Source: Candidatus Omnitrophota bacterium (lineage in GTDB: Bacteria > Omnitrophota > Gorgyraeia > Ghiorseimicrobiales > Ghiorseimicrobiaceae). From it: a DNA stretch of 64,000 bases. The stretch's first letter is position 1. Every line of letters begins with the position of its first letter. Location: the NCBI GenBank assembly GCA_030681595.1, contig JAUXSB010000037.1:319-64318 (forward strand), read 5' to 3'. Below the pieces are notes generated by a model, which saw nothing but the letters and a program-made list of their open reading frames with translations, did not search any database and was not told the DNA's origin. Below, piece after piece: positions 26,209 through 35,862 of this stretch. Both the position numbers and the translations under genes were made by a program.

Positions 26209-26976
26209 ATGCGCAAACCAATTATCGCCGGGAACTGGAAGATGCATAAAACTATTGGCGAGGCGTTAGAGCTTGCCAACGGCTTAAAGCGCGAGCTTTG
26301 TGATATTGAGGTTGTGGATATTGTGGTTTGCCCGGGTTTTACGCTGCTTGAAGAAGTAGGGGAAGTTATTTTAGAATCTAATATTAAGCTGGGCGCGCAA
26401 AATGCGCACTGGGAAATTCAGGGCGCTTTTACCGGAGAGGTATCTGTGCAGCAACTTAAAGACCTGGAAGTTAAATATGCAATTATCGGCCATTCCGAGC
26501 GTAGGCAATTTTTTGGGGAAACAAACGAGGCAGTGAATAAAAGGGTAAAAGCAGTATTAAAAGCAGGCCTTATTCCGATTATGTGTGTGGGAGAGAATTT
26601 AGCTGAAAGGGAAAGCAATAAAATCTTTAAGGTTATAGAAGAGCATGTTCGGTGCGGGCTTAAGGAAATAGAAAAAGAAGAGGTTTACAAGGTGGTTATC
26701 GCCTATGAACCGGTATGGGCAATTGGTACGGGTAAAACCGCGACACCCCAACAGGCTCAAGAAGTACATAATTTTATCCGAAGCCAGCTTTCTAAGCTAT
26801 ATGATGATAATACAGCCCAAACAGTACGCATCCAATATGGCGGTTCTGTCAAGCCGGATAATATCGTGGATTTAATGAGCGAGAAAGATATAGATGGAGC
26901 ATTGGTAGGCGGCGCAAGCTTGGATGTTAAATCTTTTGCTGCGATTGTAAAGGGCTCTATTTTTAAGAAAGGATAA
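26209..26976 (+). CDS. tpiA: Triosephosphate isomerase
   Basis: IIAGNWKMH, IGHSERR and AYEPVWAIGTG motifs. Confidence 0.95.
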   Translation: MRKPIIAGNWKMHKTIGEALELANGLKRELCDIEVVDIVVCPGFTLLEEVGEVILESNIKLGAQNAHWEIQGAFTGEVSVQQLKDLEVKYAIIGHSERRQFFGETNEAVNKRVKAVLKAGLIPIMCVGENLAERESNKIFKVIEEHVRCGLKEIEKEEVYKVVIAYEPVWAIGTGKTATPQQAQEVHNFIRSQLSKLYDDNTAQTVRIQYGGSVKPDNIVDLMSEKDIDGALVGGASLDVKSFAAIVKGSIFKKG

Positions 26977-26980
26977 TAGA

Positions 26981-27385
26981 ATGTTGTACGGTTTAATAAT
27001 AATTACGCATATATTAATTTGTCTGTTGTTGGTAGGAATAGTCCTCATTCAGTCAGGAAGGGGAGGAGGGCTAACTGAAAATTTTTCTTCCATGGAATCA
27101 CTTTTCGGTACAAGAACCAATTCTTTTCTTACGCGCGCAACGGCAGTCTTAGCCACACTATTTATAACTACCTGTTTATTATTAACGCTTATGTCTACCA
27201 AGCGAAGCAGATCGTTAATTCAAGAACTACCTCAAAAGGCGGTTGAGTCTGTGAGTGTTGTCGAAACAACACAAAAACCAATAGATACCGCTACAGGTCA
27301 GGATACAAAACAGGATAAGCCAGAAGCTAATCCTGCGCAATTACCTGAATCTAAATCTAATGCGGCAGAAACCCCTGCTAAGTAA
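26981..27385 (+). CDS. secG: Preprotein translocase subunit SecG with a low-complexity C-terminal tail
   Basis: LLVGIVLIQSGRGGGL SecG signature and the canonical gap-pgk-tpi-secG order. The tail is rich in T, Q, K, P, E and A. Confidence 0.8.
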   Translation: MLYGLIIITHILICLLLVGIVLIQSGRGGGLTENFSSMESLFGTRTNSFLTRATAVLATLFITTCLLLTLMSTKRSRSLIQELPQKAVESVSVVETTQKPIDTATGQDTKQDKPEANPAQLPESKSNAAETPAK

Positions 27386-27592
27386 TAAATGTATTGTATT
27401 TCTTAAATCCCGGCATCGAAAACCCCAGCCTTTAAGCAAAAATCTTATTTTTAGTAATTGTTTTATATCTTGCCTAATAACTTTTCTGATTGGGTTTCTT
27501 AGCGTGAGTGCTGCCGAAAACAATAAATATGCTAAATCAAATCTTTTTTGATCTAAGAGATTTTATGTCTTCCAATGATCAATATGATGATA

Positions 27593-27716
27593 TATCGAGA
27601 AACGTAAAACTAGTAGAGCTTCTTTGCAGACGAAATTTTTTGTCCCGAGGAATTCGAAGAATTCCCGGGATAAAATCCCCGCAATCTTTTCAAGATTGCA
27701 GGGGACCGTCTATTTT
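27593..27716 (+). repeat. Rearranged MITE copy: a left TIR (tatcgagaaacgtaaaac...cgaaattttttg), a near-palindrome CCCGAGGAATTCGAAGAATTCCCGGGA, and a GC hairpin
   Basis: The left end matches elements at 55533 and 28913. The palindrome recurs at 53921-53950. Confidence 0.5.
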
Positions 27717-27763
27717 AGTTGGGATAGAAAAAGAATAGGGGATAAGATAAACGGAGGTTAGTT

Positions 27764-28897
27764 ATGGTAAATACAACAATTGATGAGTTGGCGCGCTTTG
27801 GGCAGAGTATTTGGCTGGATAATATTAATCGCACAATGTTAGAAAATGGATCCCTTAAAGAAATGATCGCTCTGGGTTTAAGGGGAATGACTTCAAATCC
27901 CAGCATATTCGAGAAGGCGGTTAGCTCGAGCTCGGATTACGACAAGAGGATTTTTGAGCTATCCGGGAGCAAAAAAACAGCCTTTGAAATTTATGATGAG
28001 TTGACCGTAAGGGATATTCAGGATGCGGCAGATATGTTTTTTACTGTTTACAGCCAGACTAAAGGGTTAGACGGCTATGTAAGTTTAGAAGTTAACCCCG
28101 GATTAGCGCATAATGCCAAAGAGACTGTTAAAGAAGTAAAAAGGCTATACAAAAAAGTCAACCGGCCTAATTTGATGTGCAAGGTTCCGGCGACCAAAGA
28201 AGGGTGCTTGGCGATAGAAGAGTTAACCGCTTCAGGTATTAATATAAATGCAACTTTGATTTTTTCTTTAGAGCAGTACACGGACGCGGCTTATGCTTAT
28301 CTGAATGGGCTTGAGTCTTTGTTTAAACAAAAAATTAACCTGAACACAGTGCGTTCCGTAGCCAGTGTTTTTGTGAGCAGGACGGATACAGCCGTAGACG
28401 GCCTGTTGGATAAATTAATTGTCGCTCATCCGCAGAAAAAGGATTATTTCTCTAACCTCAAAGGAAAAGCCGCGGCAGCAAATTGCGCCTCAATCTACAA
28501 AAAATATTGTGGTATTCTTCAGAGTGATAAATTTAAAGAATTGCAGGAAAAAGGCGCTTATGCGCAAAGAGTTTTATGGGCTTCAACCAGCACGAAAAAT
28601 CCGGCTTACAGCGATATAAAATACGTCAGCGAGTTGATAGCCAAAAACACCGTTAATACCTTGCCTGATGCCACATTTAAAGCATTTCTTGACCATGGGG
28701 TTGTCAGGGATGCTTTAGCCGGTAATCTTACTTATTGCGAAGATACGTTTTTAAAGTTGAAAAACGCAGGTATAGATATTGATAAAATTCTAGCGCAATT
28801 GCTCAATGACGGCTTATCCGCTTTTGATGAAGCATTTGATTCTTTGCTTCTTACGATTACTAAAAAGAGTAAGGAGTTGTGCCTAAAGGAAGCATAG
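27764..28897 (+). CDS. tal: Transaldolase (long form)
   Basis: SIWLDNI and GMTSNPSIFEKA motifs and the CKVPATKEG active-site Lys region. Confidence 0.85.
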   Translation: MVNTTIDELARFGQSIWLDNINRTMLENGSLKEMIALGLRGMTSNPSIFEKAVSSSSDYDKRIFELSGSKKTAFEIYDELTVRDIQDAADMFFTVYSQTKGLDGYVSLEVNPGLAHNAKETVKEVKRLYKKVNRPNLMCKVPATKEGCLAIEELTASGININATLIFSLEQYTDAAYAYLNGLESLFKQKINLNTVRSVASVFVSRTDTAVDGLLDKLIVAHPQKKDYFSNLKGKAAAANCASIYKKYCGILQSDKFKELQEKGAYAQRVLWASTSTKNPAYSDIKYVSELIAKNTVNTLPDATFKAFLDHGVVRDALAGNLTYCEDTFLKLKNAGIDIDKILAQLLNDGLSAFDEAFDSLLLTITKKSKELCLKEA

Positions 28898-28912
28898 AGA
28901 GAGGCAAAATAA

Positions 28913-28983
28913 CTATTGAGAAACGTAAAACTATTAGAACTTCTTTGCAGACGAAATTCTATTAGTTTTGCGTACCTTAGTAG
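28913..28983 (+). repeat. Internally deleted MITE copy (left TIR ctattgagaaacgtaaaac joined to right TIR ttagttttgcgtacc)
   Basis: Both termini match the full-length copies. Confidence 0.6.
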
Positions 28984-28998
28984 CTGAGATAATCTATC

Positions 28999-29988
28999 AT
29001 GATGGTGCGTAAGATATTAATTTTAGAGAGATCAACAATAGAGGAAATAGTCGATGTCCGCCGTTCAATTACGGCAGTTGAGGAGGTATTTTTTGAATAT
29101 GGCAGGAATAGAATCCAGATGCCGCCAAAGATTTATTTGTATTTAGGTAAGTATCGGGGTGATTTTCGCGCTATGCCGGCTTATGTAGAGAAGCTAGATA
29201 AGTGTGTCTTAAAGTGGGTAAACGTGCACCCGGATAATAAGAAGTTTGGCCTGCCGGCAGTTATGGCAATTATTATTTTAAGCGACCCTAAAAACGGAAT
29301 GCCTCTATGTATTATGGATGGTACATACGCGACAGCTATAAGGACAGGGGCGGCTGGAGCAGTCGCGGCAAAATACCTTGCCAGAGCGAATTCCAAGATT
29401 ATCGGTTTGATAGGCTGTGGTGTCCAGGCAAGAGCGCAGCTGGCGGCAATTTCAAAAATTTTTTCTTTTTCCATGATTAAAATTTGGGACACCAGTAGCG
29501 GCTATACAAAAAAGTTCATTGATGAAATAAATGTCCCTGGCGCAGAGATTTTTAAATCTAAGGCCATAAAAGAATGCGTAAGCGGCTGTGATATCGTGGT
29601 AACTACTACTCCTTCGCGAAAACCGCTGATAAGGTTAGAGTGGCTTAAGAAAGGTGCGCATATAAATGCCATAGGCGCGGATGCCCCCGGAAAAGAAGAG
29701 CTTGAACCGCGGATCCTTAAAAATGCTAAAATAGTAGTGGACTCATGGGAGCAGGCAAGGCATAGCGGGGAAATAAACGTTCCGCTAAAGAAAGGCATGA
29801 TAACAAAAAAAGATATCTATGCCGATATCGGAGAGATAGCCTGCGGCAGAAAAAGCGGCAGGGCGAGCGAAAACGAAATAACTGTTTTTGATTCAACCGG
29901 GCTTGCGATTCAGGATGTAGCTATCGCTGACTTGATTTATAAAACTGCGCTTAAAGAAAAAAGGGGCAGATGGGTTAATCTGCTGTAG
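28999..29988 (+). CDS. Ornithine cyclodeaminase/mu-crystallin-family protein
   Basis: IGLIGCGVQA Rossmann motif in a family-typical about 330-aa layout. Confidence 0.8.
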   Translation: MMVRKILILERSTIEEIVDVRRSITAVEEVFFEYGRNRIQMPPKIYLYLGKYRGDFRAMPAYVEKLDKCVLKWVNVHPDNKKFGLPAVMAIIILSDPKNGMPLCIMDGTYATAIRTGAAGAVAAKYLARANSKIIGLIGCGVQARAQLAAISKIFSFSMIKIWDTSSGYTKKFIDEINVPGAEIFKSKAIKECVSGCDIVVTTTPSRKPLIRLEWLKKGAHINAIGADAPGKEELEPRILKNAKIVVDSWEQARHSGEINVPLKKGMITKKDIYADIGEIACGRKSGRASENEITVFDSTGLAIQDVAIADLIYKTALKEKRGRWVNLL

Positions 29989-30040
29989 AAGAAAAGCTTT
30001 GATGAAGATTCATTGACACTTTATCATTTTTAGGGGTAAA

Positions 30041-30243
30041 CTATTAGTTGTAGAGGTACGTAAAACCAATGGAACTTCTTCGCACACGAAATTTTTTGCC
30101 GTCTATTTCGGTTTACGTCTTTAGGTGTTACGCTCCATAGAAGATTGTCGCTACACCTTAGCCGTAATTCCTCGTAGACTTTTGCCAAAAAATTTCTTAT
30201 TGTGTGCTTTCAGAAATTCCATTAGTTTTGCGTTTCTCAATAG
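30041..30243 (+). mobile_element. Full-length MITE-like element of about 200 bp with imperfect terminal inverted repeats (family A)
   Basis: Ends are gtagaggtacgtaaaaccaatggaacttcttcgc and gaaattccattagttttgcgtttctcaatag. About 85% identical over the core to the copy at 55533..55765. It has no coding capacity. Confidence 0.6.
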
Positions 30244-30288
30244 TATAAGATACGATAAAACAAAAAGTTATGGTAACCCGGCCGTTTC

Positions 30289-31047
30289 TTGCTGAAACAG
30301 ATTATGCCAGAAAAGATATTATTGGTAGATGATGATGATGATTTCCGCAGCGAGTTCAAGGATTGCTTTAGCGAATATGAAATAATAGAATCAGCCAGCG
30401 GCGAAGAGGCATTAAGGGTTTTACGGCGGCCTAATGAGATAGACCTTGTAATCCTTGATATTAAACTGCCGGGTTTAAATGGTACCGAGGTCCTAAGGGA
30501 GATAAGGAAAACTAATCCCGGCCTCGGTATTATTATTCTAACCGGCTATAGCTCCAAAGATACCGCGATTGAAGCCTTGCGCGGCCGCGCCGATGATTAT
30601 ATTGAGAAACCTTTTGATATTGAAATAGCAAAGAAGGTTATCGAAAATTTGTTAGAATTTAAAAAAAGCGGGCCGAATACAGATGCCTCGGATATCAAGT
30701 CTAAATTAGAAAGGGTTAAGCGGTTTATCCGGAGAAACGCCCTTAAACGGATTTCGCTTAATGATGCCGCGGAAATAGCCTATTTAAGCCCTAAATATTT
30801 AAGCCGGGTTTTTAAGGAAGATACCGGAGTAGGGTTCAGCGAGTACCGCCTTTTGATAAAGATAGATGAAGCGATTAAACTGCTGACTAAGACGCAATAT
30901 AACATCAGCCAGATCGCGGATAGGTTAGGTTATACAAACACGGAGTCTTTTATAAGACAGTTTAAGAAGCATACGGGTTTTACGCCTAAAGGATACCGCA
31001 ACGAGCACAAAAAAACAAAAAAGACATCCAGAAGCAGAAAAAGATGA
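30289..31047 (+). CDS. Response regulator with a receiver domain and an AraC-type HTH output domain
   Basis: LLVDDDDDF...DLVILDIKLPGLNG receiver domain, and a C-terminal AraC HTH (ISQIADRLGYTNTESFIRQFKKHTG). ATG 30304 (MPEKILLVDD) is the likelier start than the track start 30289. Confidence 0.85.
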   Translation: MLKQIMPEKILLVDDDDDFRSEFKDCFSEYEIIESASGEEALRVLRRPNEIDLVILDIKLPGLNGTEVLREIRKTNPGLGIIILTGYSSKDTAIEALRGRADDYIEKPFDIEIAKKVIENLLEFKKSGPNTDASDIKSKLERVKRFIRRNALKRISLNDAAEIAYLSPKYLSRVFKEDTGVGFSEYRLLIKIDEAIKLLTKTQYNISQIADRLGYTNTESFIRQFKKHTGFTPKGYRNEHKKTKKTSRSRKR

Positions 31048-33395
31048 TAATAATATTTTTTATTTACGGATTAGCATTTTTTGTTTTGGGCTTAGCCGTA
31101 ATACTCTATCCTAAAAAAGGCAGCGCATTTACGCTGGCAAATAATTTTTGGCGGTTAGGCGTTTTTGGGCTGGCACATGGTATAAATGAATGGTTGGATA
31201 TGTTTTGCCTGATATATCCGCCATACAAAGATATTTTGCATATTATAAGCCTGCCTATATTGGTATTTTCGTTTTTGTGTTTAGTTAAGTTTGGCTTAAA
31301 GCAAATCATTTCAACTAAGCAAAAGTTTTTTGTGTCGAATAATGTATTGCCTCCATTTTTATTGGTTATTTGGGCTGTATTAACATTAACAAGCCGCGAC
31401 CCATTTTGGTACGGCGAAATTTGGGCGCGGTATTTATTGGCTGTTCCGGGAGCTTCTTTGGCCGCCTATGCCTTAATTTTTGAAGCGGCTGTTTTTAAAA
31501 AGGAAAATTTGTTTTCAGTCGCGCGTAACCTCAATATAGCCGCATGCGCTTTTTTAATTTACGGCTGTCTAGGAGGTTTAATCGTCAAAGAAGCAGAATT
31601 TTTTCCTGCCAGTATTTTTAATTATAAAGTATTTATAGATGTTTTCGGTATTCCGCCTCAGGTTTTCCGCGCCTTTTGTGCTTTAGTTATCGCCTATGCT
31701 ATTGTCAGAGTCCTTAAGGTATTTAACTGGGAAGCAAGAAATAGAATTATTGCGTTATTAGAGCGGGTAAAAAAATATGACAGCGAATTGGAATTGCGCA
31801 TCGATGAGCGCACTATTCATTTGGTAGATATGAATGAAGAACTTAAGCGCGAGGTTGCCCAGCGTAAATGCATAGAAGAGCAGTTGCGGGAGAGCACGAG
31901 CGTGCTTATTGAGGCGCAGCGTTTGTCCTCTATCGGTAGCTGGTCCTGGATAGTTGCGTCTGATACCGTAAAATGGTCTGTTGAGCTCTATGCGATATCC
32001 GGGCGCAATCCTGATCTTCCGCCACCGGCATATGCCGAACATCCTTCTTTGTACACCGCTCAAAGCTGGGAGATGCTTCGGCAAGTTGTGGATAGGGCGG
32101 TGCGTTTCGGAGAGCCTTATGATTTAGAGTTAGATATGATCCGTCCTGATGGAACAATAAGACACACAGAGGCTAGAGGAGAAGTGATAAAGGACCAGGC
32201 TGGCCGCGTTGTCCGCTTGCATGGGACAGTGCAAGATATCACCGAGCGCAAGAAAACAGAAGCACAAATAAAATTTTTAAACCTCCGTTATCAAGCGATT
32301 CTTTCCGCTGTCCCGGATATCATTACGGAGGTAGATAAAAATAAGGTGTATACATGGGTAAATAAGGCCGGCTTTGAATTCTTCGGGGAAGACGTCATCG
32401 GAAAAGAGGCGGCTTTTTATTTTGTGGGGGAGCAGGAAACTTACAGCAAGGTAGAGCCTTTGTTTAAGGGGAGTGAAGATGTTATTTATGTGGAAAGTTG
32501 GCAGATGAGGCAAGACGGCGAAAAGTGTCTTTTGGCCTGGTGGTGCCGCGTGCTTAAAGACTCCGGTGGAAACGTTACCGGCGCCTTATCCACGGCCAGG
32601 GATATTACCGTGCACAAAAAAGTCGAAGATATCTTAAAGGGAGATAAGGAAACTTTTGAGAGAATGGTCAAGGAAAGCAGCCAGCAGTTAGTTGAGACAG
32701 AGCGGGAACTGGATAAAACTAAGCGCCTTGCTGATATGGGAATGATGGCGGCTTCTGTAGCGCATGAACTGCGCAATCCTTTGGCGGCTATTCAGATAGC
32801 CGCCTATAACATAAAGAAAAAATGCGCTGGCCAATTAATAGATAAACATATTTTTAATATTGAAAAGAAAGTATCTGAAAGCGACCAGATTATAAATAAC
32901 CTCTTATTCTACGCGCGCCTCAAAAACGCGCATTATGAAAAAATAAGCATATATGATATTTTGGAAGAATGTATTAGTTCCGCCGAAAACCGGTTTAAGG
33001 AAGAAAAAGTTTCGCTTGTCAGGAATTTATCAGAGGTGCGCGGCCTTTTAATTGAAGCCGATTCTTTACAGATGAGGGAGTGTTTTACCAATATTTTAAA
33101 TAATGCCTTTGACGCGGTCTCCGGAAAAGAAGGAAGGATTGAAATTGCTGCTGCGAGAGTTGATAGTAGCCATATCGAAATATTGATTAAGGATAACGGC
33201 ATTGGCATAGGCGAAGAAGAGCTAAAAAAAGTGTTTGACCCATTTTTTACCACAAAATCAAAGGGTACGGGGCTGGGTTTGACGGTATGTTCGCAGATAA
33301 TCTATCTTCATAACGGCGCAATAGATATTCAAAGTAAAGAAGGAGAGGCAGCTTGCGTTACCGTAGTACTGCCGTTTAAAAAGAAAGAAAGATGA
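31044..33395 (+). CDS. Sensor histidine kinase with an N-terminal polytopic membrane domain, PAS domains, HisKA and HATPase_c
   Basis: About 230 aa of TM helices, then a coiled coil and PAS repeats, an HELRNPL H-box, and DNGIGI/GTGLGL ATP-lid motifs. Confidence 0.85.
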   Translation: MIIIFFIYGLAFFVLGLAVILYPKKGSAFTLANNFWRLGVFGLAHGINEWLDMFCLIYPPYKDILHIISLPILVFSFLCLVKFGLKQIISTKQKFFVSNNVLPPFLLVIWAVLTLTSRDPFWYGEIWARYLLAVPGASLAAYALIFEAAVFKKENLFSVARNLNIAACAFLIYGCLGGLIVKEAEFFPASIFNYKVFIDVFGIPPQVFRAFCALVIAYAIVRVLKVFNWEARNRIIALLERVKKYDSELELRIDERTIHLVDMNEELKREVAQRKCIEEQLRESTSVLIEAQRLSSIGSWSWIVASDTVKWSVELYAISGRNPDLPPPAYAEHPSLYTAQSWEMLRQVVDRAVRFGEPYDLELDMIRPDGTIRHTEARGEVIKDQAGRVVRLHGTVQDITERKKTEAQIKFLNLRYQAILSAVPDIITEVDKNKVYTWVNKAGFEFFGEDVIGKEAAFYFVGEQETYSKVEPLFKGSEDVIYVESWQMRQDGEKCLLAWWCRVLKDSGGNVTGALSTARDITVHKKVEDILKGDKETFERMVKESSQQLVETERELDKTKRLADMGMMAASVAHELRNPLAAIQIAAYNIKKKCAGQLIDKHIFNIEKKVSESDQIINNLLFYARLKNAHYEKISIYDILEECISSAENRFKEEKVSLVRNLSEVRGLLIEADSLQMRECFTNILNNAFDAVSGKEGRIEIAAARVDSSHIEILIKDNGIGIGEEELKKVFDPFFTTKSKGTGLGLTVCSQIIYLHNGAIDIQSKEGEAACVTVVLPFKKKER

Positions 33396-33760
33396 AACAG
33401 CGGATTTTATTAATCGATGATGATAAAGAATTATGCGAAGAACTGCGCGATATTTTCATGGAAGAAGGTTATTTTGTGCAATTAGCCCATGATGGGCCTG
33501 GGGGGAAAAAGCTTATTGAAGATGATTCCTATGACCTTATTATTATCGATATTAAATTGCCTGGTTTAGGCGGTTTAGATTTATTAAAAATATCTAAAAA
33601 CAAGGAGCCAAAAACAAAGGTTTTTGTTATCAGCGGAAGGCCTTTTATTACCGATATGCTAAAAGATGAAATCACCAAGAATTTGGTTGATGGGGTGATA
33701 GGCAAGCCTTTTATGGTGGAAGATGTGGTTAATAATATAAAATCTGTTTTGCAGCGTTAG
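33392..33760 (+). CDS. Single-domain response regulator (receiver only)
   Basis: LLIDDDKEL...LIIIDIKLPGLGG...ISGRPF. Confidence 0.85.
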   Translation: MKQRILLIDDDKELCEELRDIFMEEGYFVQLAHDGPGGKKLIEDDSYDLIIIDIKLPGLGGLDLLKISKNKEPKTKVFVISGRPFITDMLKDEITKNLVDGVIGKPFMVEDVVNNIKSVLQR

Positions 33761-33891
33761 TAGATTTTAGAGAGCAAATATAGTGGAAAAAAGTCAGTAA
33801 AAAGCGGATTTAGGCTATTGTGTATAAATCTCGGATTATGCTAAACTAGAGTTTCCTGGGTTTAATTTTTCGATTTTAGAGCGGGGGCAAT

Positions 33892-35862
33892 GTGATTAAG
33901 CGCAAAGTAATTATTATCGATGACGATAAACAACTTGTAGATGAGTTAAAAGAGGCCTTATCTTTAAATGATTTTGATGTTGCGGGATTTAGCAGTGGTA
34001 GTGCCGCGATTGATGTTGCTGCCGTGATAAAACCGGACGTCATCCTGCTTGACCTGAATATGGGAGGGGTTAACGGGTTTGAAGTGGCAAAGAGATTAAA
34101 GCGGATACCGGAAACAGCCCATGTACCTATCATCGCCATCACAGGATATTTTACAAAAAAAGAATATGATTTGGCGGTTGAGCTATTCGGTATGAAGTTA
34201 TGCCTGAAAAAACCGTTTAAACCGCAAGATGCTATTTTTCATATAGAAAAAGTTTTAAAGGAGGCAGAATCTGTTATGGTGTCAAACGATATCCGCATCT
34301 TCTTGGTTGAAGACGATGAGCAATTACGCCAAGAGTTAAGGGATGTATTAAGCCAAGAGGGTTATATAGTCGAAACCAGTAGCAATCTTAGGCAGGCAAG
34401 TGAAGAGTTAAAAAATAGCTTTTATAATTTAGTATTAGTTGATATTAAGCTTCCCGATGGCTCCGGCATAGATTTACTTAAGGATGTAAAGCGTTCTAAC
34501 GCGTATAGCGCCGTAATTATTTTAACGGCTTGGGCTTCAATAGAGAATTCCATTTCGGCTTTAAACGAAGGCGCCTTTGCTTATATCCAGAAACCATTTA
34601 ATATGGATAGTATGTTAGCTATAGTAAAAAAGGCCCTCAGGATGCAGAAATATTCCTTAGATAATAAGAAATTATTGAAAGGGCTGGAGGAATTAAGCAT
34701 TACCGATAATTTAACCGCCCTGTATAATTATCGTTACCTCTTTGAGCGATTAACAAAAGAATTTGAGCGCGCCAAAAGGTATACTTTGCCTCTTTCTATT
34801 GCGATGCTTGATATCGATTATTTTAAATCTATAAATGACGTTTATGGGCATAGCTGCGGGGATTTAATTTTAAAGGACTTTGCCGGATTCCTGAAGGATT
34901 TTGTAAGGGGCTGTGATATTGTTGTTAGGTACGGCGGCGAAGAGTTTGTTATAATCCTGCCGAATACAAACAAGGATAATGCTGCTATTCTGGGAGAGCG
35001 CCTGGTGAGCGCGATAGAAAAACATACTTTTGATCCCGATGGTAAAAAGATAAAACTTAAAATAAGTATGGGAATATCAAGTTTTCCCGATGATGCAGAA
35101 TATATTAATACCGCTTCCGATTTTCTCAGTTTAGCCGATAATGCTTTGCTAAGCGCTAAAAAGACCGGCAGGAATAGGGTGTCTGTTTACATGAAAAGCG
35201 ATGCCGTTAACAGCGGTATTAATAATGCGGATATGAGGTTATATATTGGCAAGATTCGCGAGAAGCTTATCTTGATGGAGAAAAGCGTAAATCAAACTTT
35301 ATTTGAATCGGTTTACGCTTTTGCTAAAGCGATGTACGCCAAAGAAGGGATTACAAGCGATTATATGAATCAGATGGTTTCGACGGTTGATGAATTCAGC
35401 AGAAAGCTTGGCCTGTCTGAGAAATACAGCGATGATTTAAAACGCGCGGCATTATTGCGCGATCTTGGAAAAGTCGGAATTCCGGATGATATTCTCTTTA
35501 AGCACGGTAAAGTCACAGATACGGAATACGAGATAATAAAACAGCATCCTAGAATCGCTATAGAAATTATTAAGCCGGTAAGCTTCTTAAAGGATTTAAT
35601 CCCCGCTATCTTTTATCATCATGAGAGATATGACGGCTCAGGGTATTGTATGGGGTTAGCGGGTAAGGATATACCTTTCGGCGCAAGGGCGTTAGCGTTA
35701 ATTGATGTTTATCAGGCGCTAATTTCGGATAGGCCGTATAGAGCCGCGTACACTAAAAATGAGGCTTTAAAGATTATCAGAGAAAATGCCGGTTCCCAGT
35801 TTGATCCTGAGATAGCGGAAGCTTTTTTAGCAAGTTCTCAGGAAGGAGGAGAGAATGAGTAA
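33892..35862 (+). CDS. REC-REC-GGDEF-HD-GYP protein (diguanylate cyclase plus c-di-GMP phosphodiesterase)
   Basis: Two receiver domains, a GGDEF domain with an intact RYGGEEF motif, and a C-terminal HD-GYP domain (HHERYDGSGY). Confidence 0.85.
   Translation: MIKRKVIIIDDDKQLVDELKEALSLNDFDVAGFSSGSAAIDVAAVIKPDVILLDLNMGGVNGFEVAKRLKRIPETAHVPIIAITGYFTKKEYDLAVELFGMKLCLKKPFKPQDAIFHIEKVLKEAESVMVSNDIRIFLVEDDEQLRQELRDVLSQEGYIVETSSNLRQASEELKNSFYNLVLVDIKLPDGSGIDLLKDVKRSNAYSAVIILTAWASIENSISALNEGAFAYIQKPFNMDSMLAIVKKALRMQKYSLDNKKLLKGLEELSITDNLTALYNYRYLFERLTKEFERAKRYTLPLSIAMLDIDYFKSINDVYGHSCGDLILKDFAGFLKDFVRGCDIVVRYGGEEFVIILPNTNKDNAAILGERLVSAIEKHTFDPDGKKIKLKISMGISSFPDDAEYINTASDFLSLADNALLSAKKTGRNRVSVYMKSDAVNSGINNADMRLYIGKIREKLILMEKSVNQTLFESVYAFAKAMYAKEGITSDYMNQMVSTVDEFSRKLGLSEKYSDDLKRAALLRDLGKVGIPDDILFKHGKVTDTEYEIIKQHPRIAIEIIKPVSFLKDLIPAIFYHHERYDGSGYCMGLAGKDIPFGARALALIDVYQALISDRPYRAAYTKNEALKIIRENAGSQFDPEIAEAFLASSQEGGENE

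Noticed and set aside
27360-27738. Track ORFs 27360..27551 (63 aa) and 27508..27738 (76 aa) in the secG-tal spacer
   Set aside because: They run across the MITE fragment and its palindromes, and have no RBS and low-complexity translation.
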